DNA of 64,000 nt from Mobula hypostoma (Eukaryota): the NCBI RefSeq assembly GCF_963921235.1, contig NC_086097.1, forward strand, positions 136,774,001 to 136,838,000, read 5' to 3'. Every line of letters begins with the position of its first letter. The first letter of the stretch is position 1. The notes below the pieces were generated by a model. It worked only from the letters and a program-made list of their open reading frames with translations. It was not told where the DNA came from and ran no database searches. Positions 1 to 13,759 of the stretch are shown here, one piece after another. The position numbers and the translations under genes are program-made.

Positions 1-466
1 AACAAGAAATCATGATCAGAGAAACAGTCAGTTACAAAGATGCATAAGAACAGTGGGAAGCTGATATTCTCAAAATGCTTGCTTCTCAAGGCCAAACCCA
101 CCCATTACTATTCCATCAATTTTAAGACCACATCTATCCCGTATCATCACTTTTAGAGGAAAATGGAACATTTGATGCATTTTAAACATTCTCAACTTTA
201 GTACTGCTTATTTAGATTTATTTTCTGTAATTATGTTCTCATTTTAAATGAATACAGTACATGCAACTATTGTGCTGTTGATATATTTTCCGAAAATAGA
301 GGCACCATACACAGCTATTCATTTCATATTTCCTAATGACAAAGAGGAGGCCACTTCGGCCCAATCAATCCATATTGGCTCAATGAGAAATCATGTTCCC
401 TGTGACTTATCGTCCTATATTCGCAATAACACTCTCCCATGCCTCCAGGTTTCCAGCCTTCCTCAC

Positions 467-540
467 CTGTGAAAAGCCATGGATTGCTTGAATTGCAAAG
501 AACCATTTTTGTGCGACTGGAGTTCCAGTTATTGAGCAGG
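467..540 (-). CDS. MTBP: MTBP (Mdm2-binding protein) coding exon 3
   Basis: tttttcag acceptor and CAG|gtgagg donor; 74 nt, phase 1 in; reads (A)CSITGTPVAQKWFFAIQAIHGFSQ, matching the vertebrate MTBP segment [25 protein letters not shown] as I recall it. Confidence 0.93.
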
Positions 541-1064
541 CTGAAAAAGATTAAACAGAGTTTACAACAAACAGTTTGAATACTAATTGATTGTAATGTA
601 AAACAACGATGTCTGAAATAACCATCATGTTAAAAACAAGGTCAGAAAAGACAAAATTTATGGGGAAACAAGTTGAACACAAAACAGGATAAACTGCAAC
701 GGGAAAGAAAAGAAAATTAAAATCATTTTAACTGACCGACTAGAAATAATGTGTGACGTATGTGAGGAATTTCTGAGAAACTGTTTAATTTATCTCTCCA
801 CTTTCAGCAGTAGTTTCACCCTGGTCAATTTCTATGGCCGTCATCCATAACTCAAAGCCTAAATGGACCAAGTGATAGCAGAAACAACCTGAAGTGAGGG
901 CTCTTCTATGCCCTCACTTCAGGAAGTCTGATCAACTGGCTGTACTTCTACTCTGAGTATAGGCAGAAACTGAAGACTGCAGCGCCAGTAGTGAGGACCA
1001 AGACGGTATGGAATGTGCAGACGAGAGCCACTGTCCCACAGCACCAACTACTGGGACTTATCTC

Positions 1065-1300
1065 AATTCAGGTGTGGAATTTGCATGCTCTTCTTGTGAC
1101 CATGCAAGTTTCCTCCCACCTTCCAAACAGGTGCACGACAGTGGCCACTGTAGATTGCCCAGTGTGTAGGTTAGGGGTAGAACCTGGGGAGATTTGATGG
1201 AATGTGAAGAAAATAGAATGGAGTTAGTGTAGGATTAATGTTAATGGATACTTGGAGTAGACTCATTGGTCAGAAGGATCAGTTTCCATGCTCTACGACT
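1065..1300 (+). mobile_element. V-SINE (HE1-like) remnant
   Basis: gtggaatttgcatgctct...gtttcctcccaccttccaaa resembles the V-SINE central domain. Confidence 0.6.
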
Positions 1301-1427
1301 CTTACGAAGAAGCAAGTTTTAAGAAGGAAGAGGGGAAGGTAGAAGTTTAGGGAAAGAAGTTCAATGCTTGGGGCACAGGTTACTGGAAGACCAGTAGCCA
1401 ATGACACAGCAATGTAAACTAGACATT

Positions 1428-3750
1428 TACATTTGCAGTCTCTGGTGAATAAAATCGATGATCTCAGAGCTAGAGTGCTGAATCAGAGGGTCACAGGGAC
1501 CGCGTGTGTCCTTTGTTTCACAGAATCCTGATTAACCCCTTCCGTACCAGATGCAGCGATTCAGATCGACAGTTTTACTATACACGTCAAGATAGATCTA
1601 TAGAGTCTTTCAAAAGCAGAAATGAAGGAGTATGCCTCATTATCAACTCTTGGTGCACAAATAGATCAGTGCTGTCCCAATTCTGCTCACCAGAACTGGA
1701 ATATCTAGCAGTTAAGTGCCGTCCTTTTTACCTACTGGGGTCCTTTTAGTAGCAGGATACATTCCGCCTCAGGCCAATGTCAATCAGGCTTTAGATGATC
1801 TGAGCAATGGGATCAACATGCACGAAACAGCGCACCCTAACACCTTCACCATCATTTGGGGGATTTTAAACAGGCCAGTCTGAAAAAAATCACTAAGTAA
1901 TTACTATCAACTGATCACTTGCAATACTAGAGGAAACAACATACTGGACCATTGCCACACCACTATCAAGAATGCCTACCATGCTATTCCATGCCCTCAC
2001 TCCGGGAAGTTTGGTCACCTGGCTGTACTTCTACTCCCTGAGTACAGGCAGAAACTGAAGACTGCAGCACCAGTAGTGAGGACCAAGAAGGTTTGGACAA
2101 GGGAAGCACAGGAGTGCTTACAGGACTGCTTTGAATCAGTGGACTGGACTGTATTCAGGGATTCATCTTCAAACCTGGATGAGTATGTTCCATTTGTTAC
2201 CGACTTCATTAAAACCTGTGTGGATGAGTGTGTGCCTACAAAGACTTGTTGTACATTGCCAAACCAAAAGCGGTGGATGAACCAGGAGGTACATCGTCTG
2301 CTGAAGGCTAGATCTGTGGCATTCAAGTCTGGCGACCCAGGTCTGTACTAGAAAACCAGGTATGATTAGCGGAGGGCTATTTCAAGGGCGAAAGGACAAT
2401 TTCAAATGAAGTTGGAGGCCACATCAGATGTATGTCAACTCTGGTGGGGTTTGCAAGACATTACTTTCCACAAAGCAAAACCCAGTAGCATGAATGGCAG
2501 TGATGCTTCACTACCAGATGAACTAAATGCCTTCTATGCCCTCTTTGAAATGGAGAATATAACTACAGCTGTGAAGATCCCTGCTGCACGTGATGGCCCG
2601 GTGATCTCTGTATCAGAATCCGATGTTAGGCTGTCTTTAAAGAGAGTGAACCCTCACAAGGCAGGAAGTCCCAAGGGAGTACCTTGTAAGGGCCTGAAAA
2701 CCTGTGCCAACCAACTGGCGGGAGTACTCAAGGACATTTTCAACCTCTCACTGCTACGGGTGGAAGTTCCCACTTGCTTCAAAAAGGCAACAATTATACC
2801 AATGCCTAAGGATAATGTCAGCTGCCTTAATCATTATCGCCCCGTATCACTCACAGTTGAACTCCTGCCTCAGTAAGGACCTGGACCCATTGCAATTTGC
2901 CTATCGCCACATTAGGTCAATGGTAGATACAATCTCATTAGTTCTTCACAAGGCTTTAGACGACCTGGATAACACAAACACCTATGTCAGGATGCTGTTC
3001 GTCGACTACAGCTCAGCATTTAACATATATGGAACACATACATATCCTCATAGAGGGATCAGAAGTGGAAGAGAGTGAGCAGCTTCAAGTTCTTGGGTGT
3101 CAAGATCTCTGAGGACCTAACCTGCTCCCAACATGTCGATGCAGTTATAAAGAAGGCAAGACATCGACTATACTTCATTAGGAGTTTGAAGAGATTTGGT
3201 ATGTCAACAAATACACTGAAAAACTTCTATAGATGTACCGTGCAGAGCATTCTGACTGACTACATCACTGTCTGGTATGCTGGGGGCTACTGCACAGGAC
3301 CAACAGAAGCTGTAGAGTGCCATAAATTTAGTCAGCTCCATCTTGGATACAAGCCTACAAAGTACCCAGGACATCTTCAAGGAGCGGTATCTCAGAAAGG
3401 TAGCATCCATTATGAAGGACGTCCAGCATCCAGGGCATGCCCTTTTCTCACTGTTACAATCAGGTAGGAGGGACAGAAGCCTGAAGGCACACACTCAGCA
3501 ATTGAGGAACAGCTTCTTCCCCTCTGCCATCGAATTCCTAAATGGACACTGAATCTTTGGACACCACCTCACTTTTTTAATATATATTATTTCTGGTTTT
3601 ATGCACGATTTTTAATCTATTCAATACCTGCGTACTGTAGTTAGTTTATTTATTTCCTTCTGTATTATGTATTGCATTGAATTGCTGCTGCTAAGTTAAC
3701 AAATTTCACGATACATGCCAGTGATAACAAACCTGATTCTGATTCTGACA
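1428..3750 (+). mobile_element. Decayed Rex1/Babar-type LINE (APE + RT), RT core deleted near 3025
   Basis: LEYLAVKCRPFYL, LQDCFESVDW, DPLQFAYR..YVRMLFVDYSSAFN, SSFKFLG..RLYFIRSLKRF, NSFFPSAI; (ctgatt)n tail at ~3733-3748. A short copy of 1990-2095 lies at ~905-1010. Confidence 0.85.
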
Positions 3751-4399
3751 TGAGGTTGGAATTAAAGAAGTGCTGAAAAAAGTTTCCCAAAATTACAGAG
3801 AAACGGAGAATGTGGAAAATCTTAAAAACAAAAATGAGCATTTCAAAACCACCCCTCTCCCAGATCACTTGACCCAGCACAGCCTAGAAATCATAGCTAG
3901 AACTTACTGTTCACTCAGTGAGTGACCATGTGGCTAGATAGTGACTACAAATGGAACATACAACTGTGGTGGTGCAGTGGTTAGAGGAGCAGCCCAGACA
4001 TTTGTTTGGATTTATAAACCCAGAATCATCAGTGAGTCGATTTTCAAATCCCACGATATAACACTGGAATTTAAATTTGGTCAAGGTTCTGCAATATTTA
4101 AAATAAAATGCCTCACTAACGATGACCATTATACAAAAACACATCTTGTTGTGATTTAATATCAATCATGTTGCAGCACGTCTGGAGTGGTGTATGGGTC
4201 AGACTAGATAAGAATGATGAGATTGAAGATAGGTCAACAGATGAGATTTTGTTGTGAAATACCAAAGTCCTCGGTATAAATATCTGGGGCCTGCTGTCTA
4301 AACAATCCTACAGCAATGCTTGACATGATCAGACTCAGGGAAACCTCAAAAAATACTTCCATCACAACCTGGGATAAATCCTGTCCCACCACAAGTGCC

Positions 4400-4775
4400 A
4401 ACATGATGAAGGGTGTATAAGATAATGAGAGGCATTGATCGTGTGGATAGCCAGAGAGTTTTTTCCCCAGGGCAGAAATGGCTAACATGAGAAGGCATAG
4501 TTTTAAGGTACTTGGAAGTAGATACAAAGGGGATGTCAGAGGTAAGTTTTTTTTTAAACAGAGTAGTGGGTGTGTGGAATGCACTGTCCGTGACAGTGAT
4601 TGAGGTGGATACAATAGGGTCTTTTAAGAGACTCTTAGATAGGTACATGGAGCTTAGAATAATGGAGGGCTATGTGGTAGGGTAATACTAGGCAGTTTCT
4701 AGAGTAGTTCACTGGTCGGCACAACATTGTGGACCAAAGGACCCGGAATGTGCTGTGAATTTCTATGATTCTATA
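4400..4775 (+). mobile_element. CR1 LINE 3' end
   Basis: YKIMRGIDRVD..FF..RVVGVWNAL C-terminus and ttctatg-type tail. Confidence 0.8.
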
Positions 4776-5849
4776 ATAAATGTACGCCAGATATGGAAAA
4801 TCTCTGTAAGTCCTTAGCATTGATTCCCAACTAATGGCAACAAGTCAAAGATGGGAAAGGAAACACCTCTTGATTACTATTTACTATCCTCCCTCAGGTG
4901 ATGGACTGGTCATGAACTGGCTCATGCCATCTTCTTGCAGCTACCTTTGAGCAGGAAGCACACGAGCCCCAAAGTACCAGGTTAAAGGACAGTTACTTGT
5001 CTTCAGTCATTCCATTCTTGAACTAATTTTCACAACCTTAGTCACTATCTCAGTACAGCAACACTGTGACCACCTTGCACTACACTAGCCTGTTCTCTTT
5101 TGTTCTTATTGTAATCTTTCTTATTCATGTTTAACTTATCTTTTCCTTGCGAATGGTATGTCTCTAATGCCATGTGCTGTGATACAGCTACAAGTAAGTT
5201 TTTCATTAATTCTGTGTATACAGATTCTTGTGCTCATGACAATAAGCTCAAGTTTAATTTAGGTGCATTGCAGTTTTCTAACTAGGCTACTCTAACAGTA
5301 CCTCCTAAACTGACAACCTCTTCATCAAGAAGGAGAATGACAATAGGATCATGAGGAAACCACAATCCACTGGGTTCCCTCTGAACTGAACACCATTCTG
5401 TCTTGGAAGAATATTGTTCATACTTCACTGTCACTGGGTCGAAAGACTTGACTTCCAGATGAGTAGCAGTGTGGAAATATATTCATTATTAGGACTGCAA
5501 GACTTCAAGGAGGTGGGTCACCTCCAATATCTCAAAGACAATAAAAGAAAACCAGCACCGCACCACATCTAAAAATGAACAAATAAACGAATAAAACCAC
5601 TGACAAAGCTTCGGATGCTTTGGATCCATGCAATTCCACAAGTTCTCCATTCCACTGGGAAACCATGGCACTTGATGAATTAGACAACAGAACATTTGAA
5701 GGGACAAGGTTGCACAATGCTTTTAAATAACTTCATAGGTGAATGTTAGAAAATCAACTGTATACCAGTCACCGAGCAAGACTTAATTTCAGATAAATGT
5801 TCAGGTTAAAAACATGTTAACTGGAAAACATTGACTTTGAAGGTTGAAG

Positions 5850-6190
5850 ATGAAGATGGGCTTTATTTGTCACATGTAAATCAAAATATCAAAACATACA
5901 GTGAAATATGTCATTTGCATCAAAGCAAATCAGCAAGGATTGTGCTGGAGACAGTGCGCAAGTGTCACCACACTTCCAGAACCAATATAGCATGTCCAGA
6001 ACTTAGCCCTAACTATACTGTACATCTTTGGAATGTGGGAAGAAACCGAAGCACCTGGAGGAAACCCATGCCATCGCAGGGAGAACATGCAGACTCCTTA
6101 CAGACGGTGACAGGAATCAAACCACAGTCAGTGATAGCAAGCACAGCAAGGCGATTGCACTAACCCCTATGCCACTGTGCTACCCGCAGT
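5850..6190 (-). mobile_element. V-SINE remnant with LINE-type tail
   Basis: tttggaatgtgggaagaaaccgaagcacctggaggaaacccatg is the reverse complement of the V-domain. Confidence 0.65.
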
Positions 6191-6294
6191 ACAGTACTTA
6201 CAAGATACAAGGTCAATAATGCTAATGATTAATGTGGAGGTGTCCACAATTTTACAGTTATAAAAAATGTATTACAGTTATCAAAATGTATTAC

Positions 6295-6378
6295 CTGGAA
6301 GGGTAGTTAGTCTTGAACTTGTTGAAGCATGGCAGCTTTTTCTCAGGAACTCGTAAATGCATTTAATGGCAGTCAGCC
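6295..6378 (-). CDS. MTBP: MTBP coding exon 2
   Basis: gtaacag acceptor, CCAG|gtaata donor; 84 nt, phase 1/1; (G)LTAIKCIYEFLRKSCHASTSSRLTTLP aligns to MTBP [27 protein letters not shown] and keeps frame between exons 1 and 3. Confidence 0.85.
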
Positions 6379-6579
6379 CTGTTACACAAGAATAATGTTA
6401 AAGAAATCAGTCACATGCGAACAGGAAAATCAGACACAATGACCACAACACCATTGTTCATCACTAATGGAAGCAGGCAGAATTATCTCATACCTATATT
6501 TCTCCATAGTATTTTCTGGAAATAGATTGCAAATTTGAAGCAAAATTTAATGAATAGCAAAGACAGAATATTATTTTAC

Positions 6580-8135
6580 ATAGATACATAGAATAGTACA
6601 GCACAGTACAGGCCCTTTGGCCCACAATGTTGTGCCGACCCTTAAACCCTGCCTCCCATATAAACCCCCACCTTAAATTCCTCCATATACCTGTTTAGTA
6701 GTCTCTTAAATTTCACTAGTGTATCTGCCTCCACCACTGACTCAGGCAGTGCATTCCACGCACCAACCACTCTCTGAGTAAAAAACCTTCCTCTAATATC
6801 CCCCTTGAACTTCCCACCCCTTACCTTAAAGCCATGTCCTCTTGTATTGAGCAGTGGTGCCCTGGGGAAGAGGCGTTGGCTATCCACTCTATCTGTTCCT
6901 CTTAATATCTTGTATACCTCTATCATGTCTCCTCTCATCCTCCTCCTCTCCAAAGAGTAAAGCCCTAGCTCCCTGAATCTCTGATCATAATCCATACTCT
7001 CTAAACCAGACAGCATCCTGGTAAGTCTCCTCTGTACCCTTTCCAAAGCTTCCACATCCTTCCTATAGTGAGACGACCAGAACTGGACACAGTACTCCAA
7101 GTGTGGCCTAACCAGAGTTTTATAGAGCTGCATCATTACCTCGTGACTCTTAAACTCTATCCCTCGACTTATGAAAGCTAACACCCCATAAGCTTACTTA
7201 ACTACCCTATCTACATGTGAGACAACTTTCAGGGATCTGTGGACATGTACCCCCAGATCCCTCTGCTCCTCCACACTACCAAGTATCTTGCCATTTACTT
7301 TGTACTCTGCCTTGGAGTTTGTCCTTCCAAAGTGTACCACCTCACACTTCCCCGGGTTGAACTCCATCTGCCACTTCTCAGCCCACTTCTGCATCCTATC
7401 AATCCTCTGCACTCTTTGACAATCCTCTACACTATCCATAACACCACCAACCTTTGTGTCATCTACAAACTTGCCAACCCACCCTTCTACCCTCACATCC
7501 AGGTCGTTAATAAAAATCACGAAAAGTAGAGGTCCCAGAACCGATCCTTGTGGGACGCCACTAGTCACAATCCTCCAATCTGAATGTACTCCCTCCACGA
7601 CCACCCTCTGCCTTCTGCAGGCAAGCCAATTCTGAATCCACCTGGCCAAACTTCCCTAAATCCCATGCCTTCTGACTTTCTGAATAAGCCTACCGTGTGG
7701 AGCCTTGTTAAATGCCTTACTAAAATCCATATAGATCACATCCACGGCACTACCCTCACCTATATGCCTGGTCACCTCCTCAAAGAACTCTATCAGGCTT
7801 GTTAGACATGATCTGCCCTTCACAAAGCCATGCTGACTGTCCCTGATCAGACCATGATTCTCTAAATGCCCATAGATCCTATCTCTAAGAATCTTTTCCA
7901 ACAGCTTTCCCACCACAGACGTAAGGCTCACTGGTCTATAATTACCCGGATTATCCCTACTACATTTTGAACAAGGGGACAACATTCGCCTCCCTCCAAT
8001 CCTCCGGTACCATTCCCATGGACAATGAGGACATAAAGATCTTAGCCAGAGGCTCAGCAATCTCTTCCCTCGCCTTGTGGAGCAGCCTGGGGAATATTCC
8101 TCAGGCCCCGGGGACTTATCCGCCCTAATGTATTT
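6580..8135 (-). mobile_element. Young 5'-truncated CR1 LINE (RT and C-terminus)
   Basis: NYRPVSLTSVVGK, QHGFVKGRSCLT, DFSKAF, GVPQGSVLGPLLF, KFVDDTK, LVRPHLEYCVQFW; few frameshifts; ctatgt tail. Confidence 0.93.
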
Positions 8136-8862
8136 TCCATTTACCAAAAGCATTCAAAGAACAAGTAACAGACAGCATCAGTGAAGTATCTTTTTTTCTC
8201 CATATCACAGCCTCATATTGAACAGAGCAACAGCAGATTTCTAATTTCTAACCTAGATATGCATTCACATAAGACGGATGTCCTCAAAGATTCCATAATT
8301 GATTTGTTCAAATATTTTTCCAATTGTACTCCAAGGTTTCCAAACCAATTTAAATCTCCTCTGTATTTTTCCATGACTCCTGTTTCAACTGTTAGGTTGG
8401 GGAGAAGAATAGTACAGTGTTCCAAATCTGACCTGGACAAACTGTTGTACAATAACTTAATAATACTGTGACTTTTTCTTAAGATTTGATCATAGCTAAT
8501 GGACAGAAAGAACTCATATTTATGCATCACAATTCATAATTCCAGGGCATTGCAAAGCTTTTTCTTCCCAATATAGTCCTGTCTAAAACGCAGCCGCAGT
8601 TGTGATGAGCAAAAGGGAAGAGAAATATGCACAGAGTCCCACAAACAGCAATGGGAGTTGATGATTAATCAGGCCTCCCTGGCTCATCTGCAAAATACTG
8701 GCAGATCATTTACTCAGTTTGTACCGTAGAGGAGATGAATGCTTCAGTTTAGAACACCTGTTTAGATCTAATGCTTAAAACCTCATGAAGGAGCCTTTTA
8801 CTCATAAACACTCAAGTTTCACTCCTCTAAGGATATGAATGCAAAGCTGGAAACCTTTAGAG

Positions 8863-8942
8863 CAGGGGTTCCCAAGTTTTTTTATGCCAAGGAGCCTTAC
8901 CATTAACTGAGGGGTCCATGGATCCCAGGTTGGGAACCCCTG
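8863..8942. mobile_element. 80-bp hAT (Charlie-like) MITE
   Basis: TIRs caggggttcccaa / ttgggaacccctg; perfect 8-bp TSD ctttagag at 8855-8862 and 8943-8950. Confidence 0.9.
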
Positions 8943-10004
8943 CTTTAGAGATTCATTTACTATTGTATTTCCTATAAGCTGACCCATCAGTAATTTGCGA
9001 CTGTTTCCCTGGAGTGAAGGAGGCTAAGGACTCGGGAGTGGCCTTATAGAGGTTTTTTAAATGTTGAGGATCATGGATAGGGTAGATAATCATGGTGTTT
9101 GCTTCAGGGTAGGGGAATCTAAAACTATCATGCTCTTCCAATAACCCTTAAGCAACAACCTCAGTAAAGGACTCCAACTACTGTAGTCAGGCTAACTGGC
9201 CTATAATTTCCTTTCTTCTGCCTCCCTCCCTTCTTAAGGTGGAGTGACATTTGCAATTTTCTAGACCTCCAGAACCATTCCAGAATCTAGTGGATCTTGA
9301 AAGATCATTACTGAAGCCTCCACAATCTCTTCAGCTACCTCCTTCAGAACTCCAGGATGTAGTCCATCTAGTCCAGGTGATTTATTGCCCTTCAAACCTC
9401 TGCGCTTCCCAAGCACCTTCTCCTTAGTGATAGCAACTACATTCACTTCTGCCACCTGACACTCTCAAATTTCTGGAATACTGCCAGTGTCTTTCACAGT
9501 GAAGACCGACACAAAATACTTAAGTTTATCCACCATTTCTTCATCCTCCATTACTACTTTTCCAGCAGTCCAATATCCATTCACCACTCTTGCGTTTCTA
9601 TTACCCTTTATATATCTGAAAAAACTTTTGGTATACTCTTTGATATTGTTCTCTCCTTGTATTATTTCTTTTAATTGCCTATTTGTTTTTAAAAGCTTCA
9701 CAATCCTCGAACTTCTCACTAATTTTTGCCGTGTCTTATGCTCTCCTTTTTGCTTTTATGATGTCTTTGACTTCCCTTGTCAGCCACAGTTGCTTCATCC
9801 TCTCTTTAAAATACCTCTACACCTTTGGGATGTATCTATCCTGCCTCCAGAAATTCCAGCCATTACTGTCTGGTCATCATCCCTGCTAGTGTCTCCTTCT
9901 CAACAAATTTGGCCAGCTCCTCTCTCATACCTCTGTAATTCCATTAACTCCACTGTGTTACTGATACAGCTCACTTTATCTTCTCCCTCTCAATCTTCAG
10001 GGTA

Positions 10005-10222
10005 ACTCCAACCACAAACTGTTCCATTTGCTACCACCCGGGAGAAATACCGCAGCTTTAAAGCCAGGACCAACAGGCTCCGGGATAGCTTCTTCACCAG
10101 GCCATCAGATTGATACTATACTAGAATCTGTAATTTGCACATTCAGACGGAGAAGTAACGTAAAGATTTTTACTCCTCACGTATGTGAAGGATCTAAGAA
10201 ATAAAGTTAATTCAATTCAATT
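10005..10222 (+). mobile_element. Short Rex-type LINE 3' end with (aattc)n tail
   Basis: KARTNRLRDSFF-like C-terminus, aataaa, aattc repeats; interrupts the CR1. Confidence 0.6.
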
Positions 10223-11313
10223 CGAATTCTATCATATTATGATCACTGCCTCCCAAGGGTCCCTTTATCTTAAGCTCCCATATCAAATCTGGTTCATTAC
10301 ACAACACACAATCCAGAATTGCCTTTCCCCTAGTGGCCTCAATCACAAGCTGCTCTAAAAAGGCATCTCTGAGGCATTCTACAAATTCCTTCCCTTGGAA
10401 TCCAGCACTAATCAGATTTTCCCCAATCCACCTGCATATTGAAATCCTCCATGATTAGCCTAACAGTGCCTTTTTTACATGCTTTTTTTTTAGCTCTTGG
10501 TTGTAATTTATATCCCACGTCCTGGCTACTATTCAAAAGCCTGCACATAACTCCCATCAATGTCTTTTTACCCTTGCAGTTTCTTAACTCTACCCACAAT
10601 ATTCTACATCTTCTGATCCTATGTCACCTCCTCCTAAGGATTTGATTTCATTTTTTACCGACACAGCCACCCCATCCCCTCTTCCTACCTGCTTGTCTTT
10701 TCAATACAAGGTGTGTCCTTGGATGTTAAGCTTCGAACTATGATCTTCTGTCAACCACATCTCAGTGATGCACACAATGTCATACCTGCCAATCTCAAAC
10801 TGCGTTATAAGATCATCTACCTTATTCCGTATACTGCGTGCACTCAAATTTAACACCTTCAATCCTGTACTCATTACTCATTTTGATTTTGCCCCTATGT
10901 TACGCTTCACCTCGTCTGACTGACTGCAATTTTGCCCAGTCATCTACCCATCCTTCCTGATAATATCACTACACACTGCATTAAAATGTATACCGACTGC
11001 CCCATCCTCAGACCTATCACTCTGGTTCCCATTCCCCTGCGATTTCAGTTTAAACTCTCCCCAACAGCTCTAGCAAACCTGTCTGCAAGGATACTGGTCC
11101 CCCTCGGGTTCAGGTGTAACTGTCATTTTTGTATAAGTTACACCTTCTCCTGATGAGATCCCAAAGATCCAGAAATCTGAAACCCTGCCCCCTGCACCAG
11201 TTCCTCAGCCACTCATTCATCTGTACTATCAACTGTCGCCCTTCGCCACCATCTGTACTATCATCCTATACCTGCACTGACTAACACATGTTTTTGGAAG
11301 TAACCCTGAGCTT

Positions 11314-12796
11314 AACATAGAACATAGAATAGTACAGCACAGTACAGGCCCTTCGGCCCACAATATTGTGCCGACCCTCAAACCCTGCCTCCCATATAAG
11401 CCCCCACCTTAAATTCCTCCATATACCTGTCTAGTAGTCTCTTAAACTTCACTATTGTATCTGCCTCCACCACTGACTCAGGCAGTGCATTCCACACACC
11501 AACCACTCTCTGAGTAAAAAACCTTCCTCTAATATCCCCCTTGAACTTCCCACCCCTTATCTTAAAGCCATGTCCTCTTGTATTGAGCAGTGGTGCCCTG
11601 GGGAAGAGGCACTAGCTATCCACTCTATTCCTCTTATTATCTTGTACACCTCTATCATGTCTCCTCTCATCCTCCTTCTCTCCAAAGAATAAAGCCTTAG
11701 CTCCCTTAATCTCTGATCATAATCCATACTCTCTAAACCAGGCAGCATCCTGGTAAATCTCTTCTGTACCCTTTCCAATGCTTCCACATCCTTCCTATAG
11801 TGAGGTGACCAGAACTGGACACAGTACTCCAAGTGTGGCCTAACCAGAGTTTTATAGAGCTGCATCATTACATCGCGACTCTTAAACTCAATCCCTCCTC
11901 CCTTTTTTCTGCCCTCTCTATCCCTTTTAAAGCACTGAAATCCAGGAATATTGAGAATCCATTTCTGCCCTGGTGCCAGCCAAGTCTCTGTAATGGCCAC
12001 TACATCATAATTCCATGTATGTATCCAAGCTCTCAGTTCATCACCTTTGTTCCTGATGCTTCTTGCATTGAGGCACACACATTTCAGCCCTTCTACCTTA
12101 CTGTCTTTACACCATTTATTCTGCTTCTCTTTCCTCAAAGCCTCTCTGTATGTTAGATCTGGCTTTACTCCATGCACTTCTTTCACTGCTCTATCGCTCT
12201 GGGTCCCATCCCCCTCACAAATTAGTTTAAACCCTCCCGAACCATGCTAGCAAACCTACCTGCAAGGATATTGCTCCCCCGCCGAGTTCAGGTGCAACCT
12301 ATCCAATCTGTACAGGTCCCACATTCCCCAGAAGAGATTCCAATGATCTAAAAATCTAAAACCCTGCTCCCTGCACCAACTCCTCAGCCACGCACACAAC
12401 TGCCATCTCCTCCAATTCTTACCATCACCGTCACGTAGCACTGGCAGCAATCCTGAGTGGCCACCCTTGAGGTCCTGTTCTTCAGCCTTTTGCCTAGTTC
12501 CCGAAACTCACACTTCAGGACCTCATCCCTCTTCCTGCCTGTGTTGTTGGCCCCAACATGCATCACGACTTCTGATTGCTTTCCCTCTCGTACCAGGATG
12601 TCGTGCACCCGGTCAGAGACATCCTGGACCCTGGCACCCGGGAGGCAACAAACCATGTGGGTGTCCTTCTCATGTCCACAAAATCTCCTGTCTTCTCCCC
12701 TGACTATAGAGCCTCCAATGACGACAGCTTTCCTCTTCTCTGTCCCACCCTTCTGCAACACAGGGTCAGACTCAGTGCCGGAGGCCCAGCCACCGT
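11314..12796 (-). mobile_element. Internally deleted young CR1 (ORF1 SGNH esterase + APE N-terminus fused to RT C-terminus)
   Basis: VIGGSIVRG, VCCLPGARVQDV, HVGANN; then CLNARSIRNK..VAITETWL..KKGGG joined directly to IEFKSRDVMMQLYKTLVRPHLEYC. Confidence 0.85.
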
Positions 12797-13759
12797 GGAG
12801 GTCCTGCTCTCCAGCCTCTTTCATAACTCCCTAAATTCACGGCACAGGACCTCCTCCCTTTCTACCTATGTTATTGCTGCCAATGTGCACCACTACCTCT
12901 GGCTGCTCACCCACTCTCGAGAACCTTCTGCAGTCGCTCGGAGACATCCTGGACCCTAGCACCTGGGAGGCAACACATTACTCTGGTTCCTCTTCTGCGG
13001 CCACAGAACCTGCTGTCCATCCCCTTAACTATCACTACTGCTCTGCCTGACCTTACCTTTCCTTTTTGAGTTTTAGAGCCAGCTATAGTGCCACTGTCCG
13101 GGCTGCTGCTGTTTCGCCCTGATAGGTTACCAACCCAGCAGTATCCAAAAGACCATACTTGTTGCTGAGGGAAACAGCCACAGAAGAAACTTACACTGTT
13201 TGCTTACTCCCCTACTTTTCCTGGTGGTCACCCATCTAGTATCTGAAGTCGGCACAACTAACTCAGTAAAACTCATTTATAAAGTTTTCATCCTCCCAGA
13301 TGGTTCTGAGTACATCCAACTCCAGCTCCGTGCCCTCGTTGGTCAGGAGCTGAATCTGGGCATACTTCCTGCAGATGTAGTTATCTGGGAGACCGTTAGG
13401 TACTTATAAATCCCACATCTCACAGGAGGAACATTGAACTACCATCCTACATACACTTGTTATGCTTCTAACTTCTCAAGCTTAAGTTCTAGCCTGCACC
13501 TGCTCGCGCTCAAGCCTGTTGAGCCAAACCCTGACTATTCTAACACTGGTCCACTCCTACAATGTCTGCTCTACTTAAACCTCGCTTCTTTTTATTGCCC
13601 TCATTGATTAACCCTAGTTACTATTTAAAACTGCCACATAAAGTCCACATGGAACTGTCTCTAACTCACTCAGCCACTTCCTGCTCCATAGACAAGCCCT
13701 GCTCGCTTTTTAAACTGATGCATAAAGTCCATAATGAACTGCAGTGATATAGGAAGTTC

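Larger units (their letters stand above)
9125..13560 (-). mobile_element. Old CR1 LINE (ORF1 esterase + ORF2 APE/RT remnants), host to nested insertions
   Basis: KSPGLDGLHPGVLKEVAEEI, KSFFRYIK, WVELRNCKGKKTLMGV, DFNMQVDW; ORF1-like sequence at 12800-13450; interrupted at ~10005-10222 and ~11314-12796. Confidence 0.8.
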
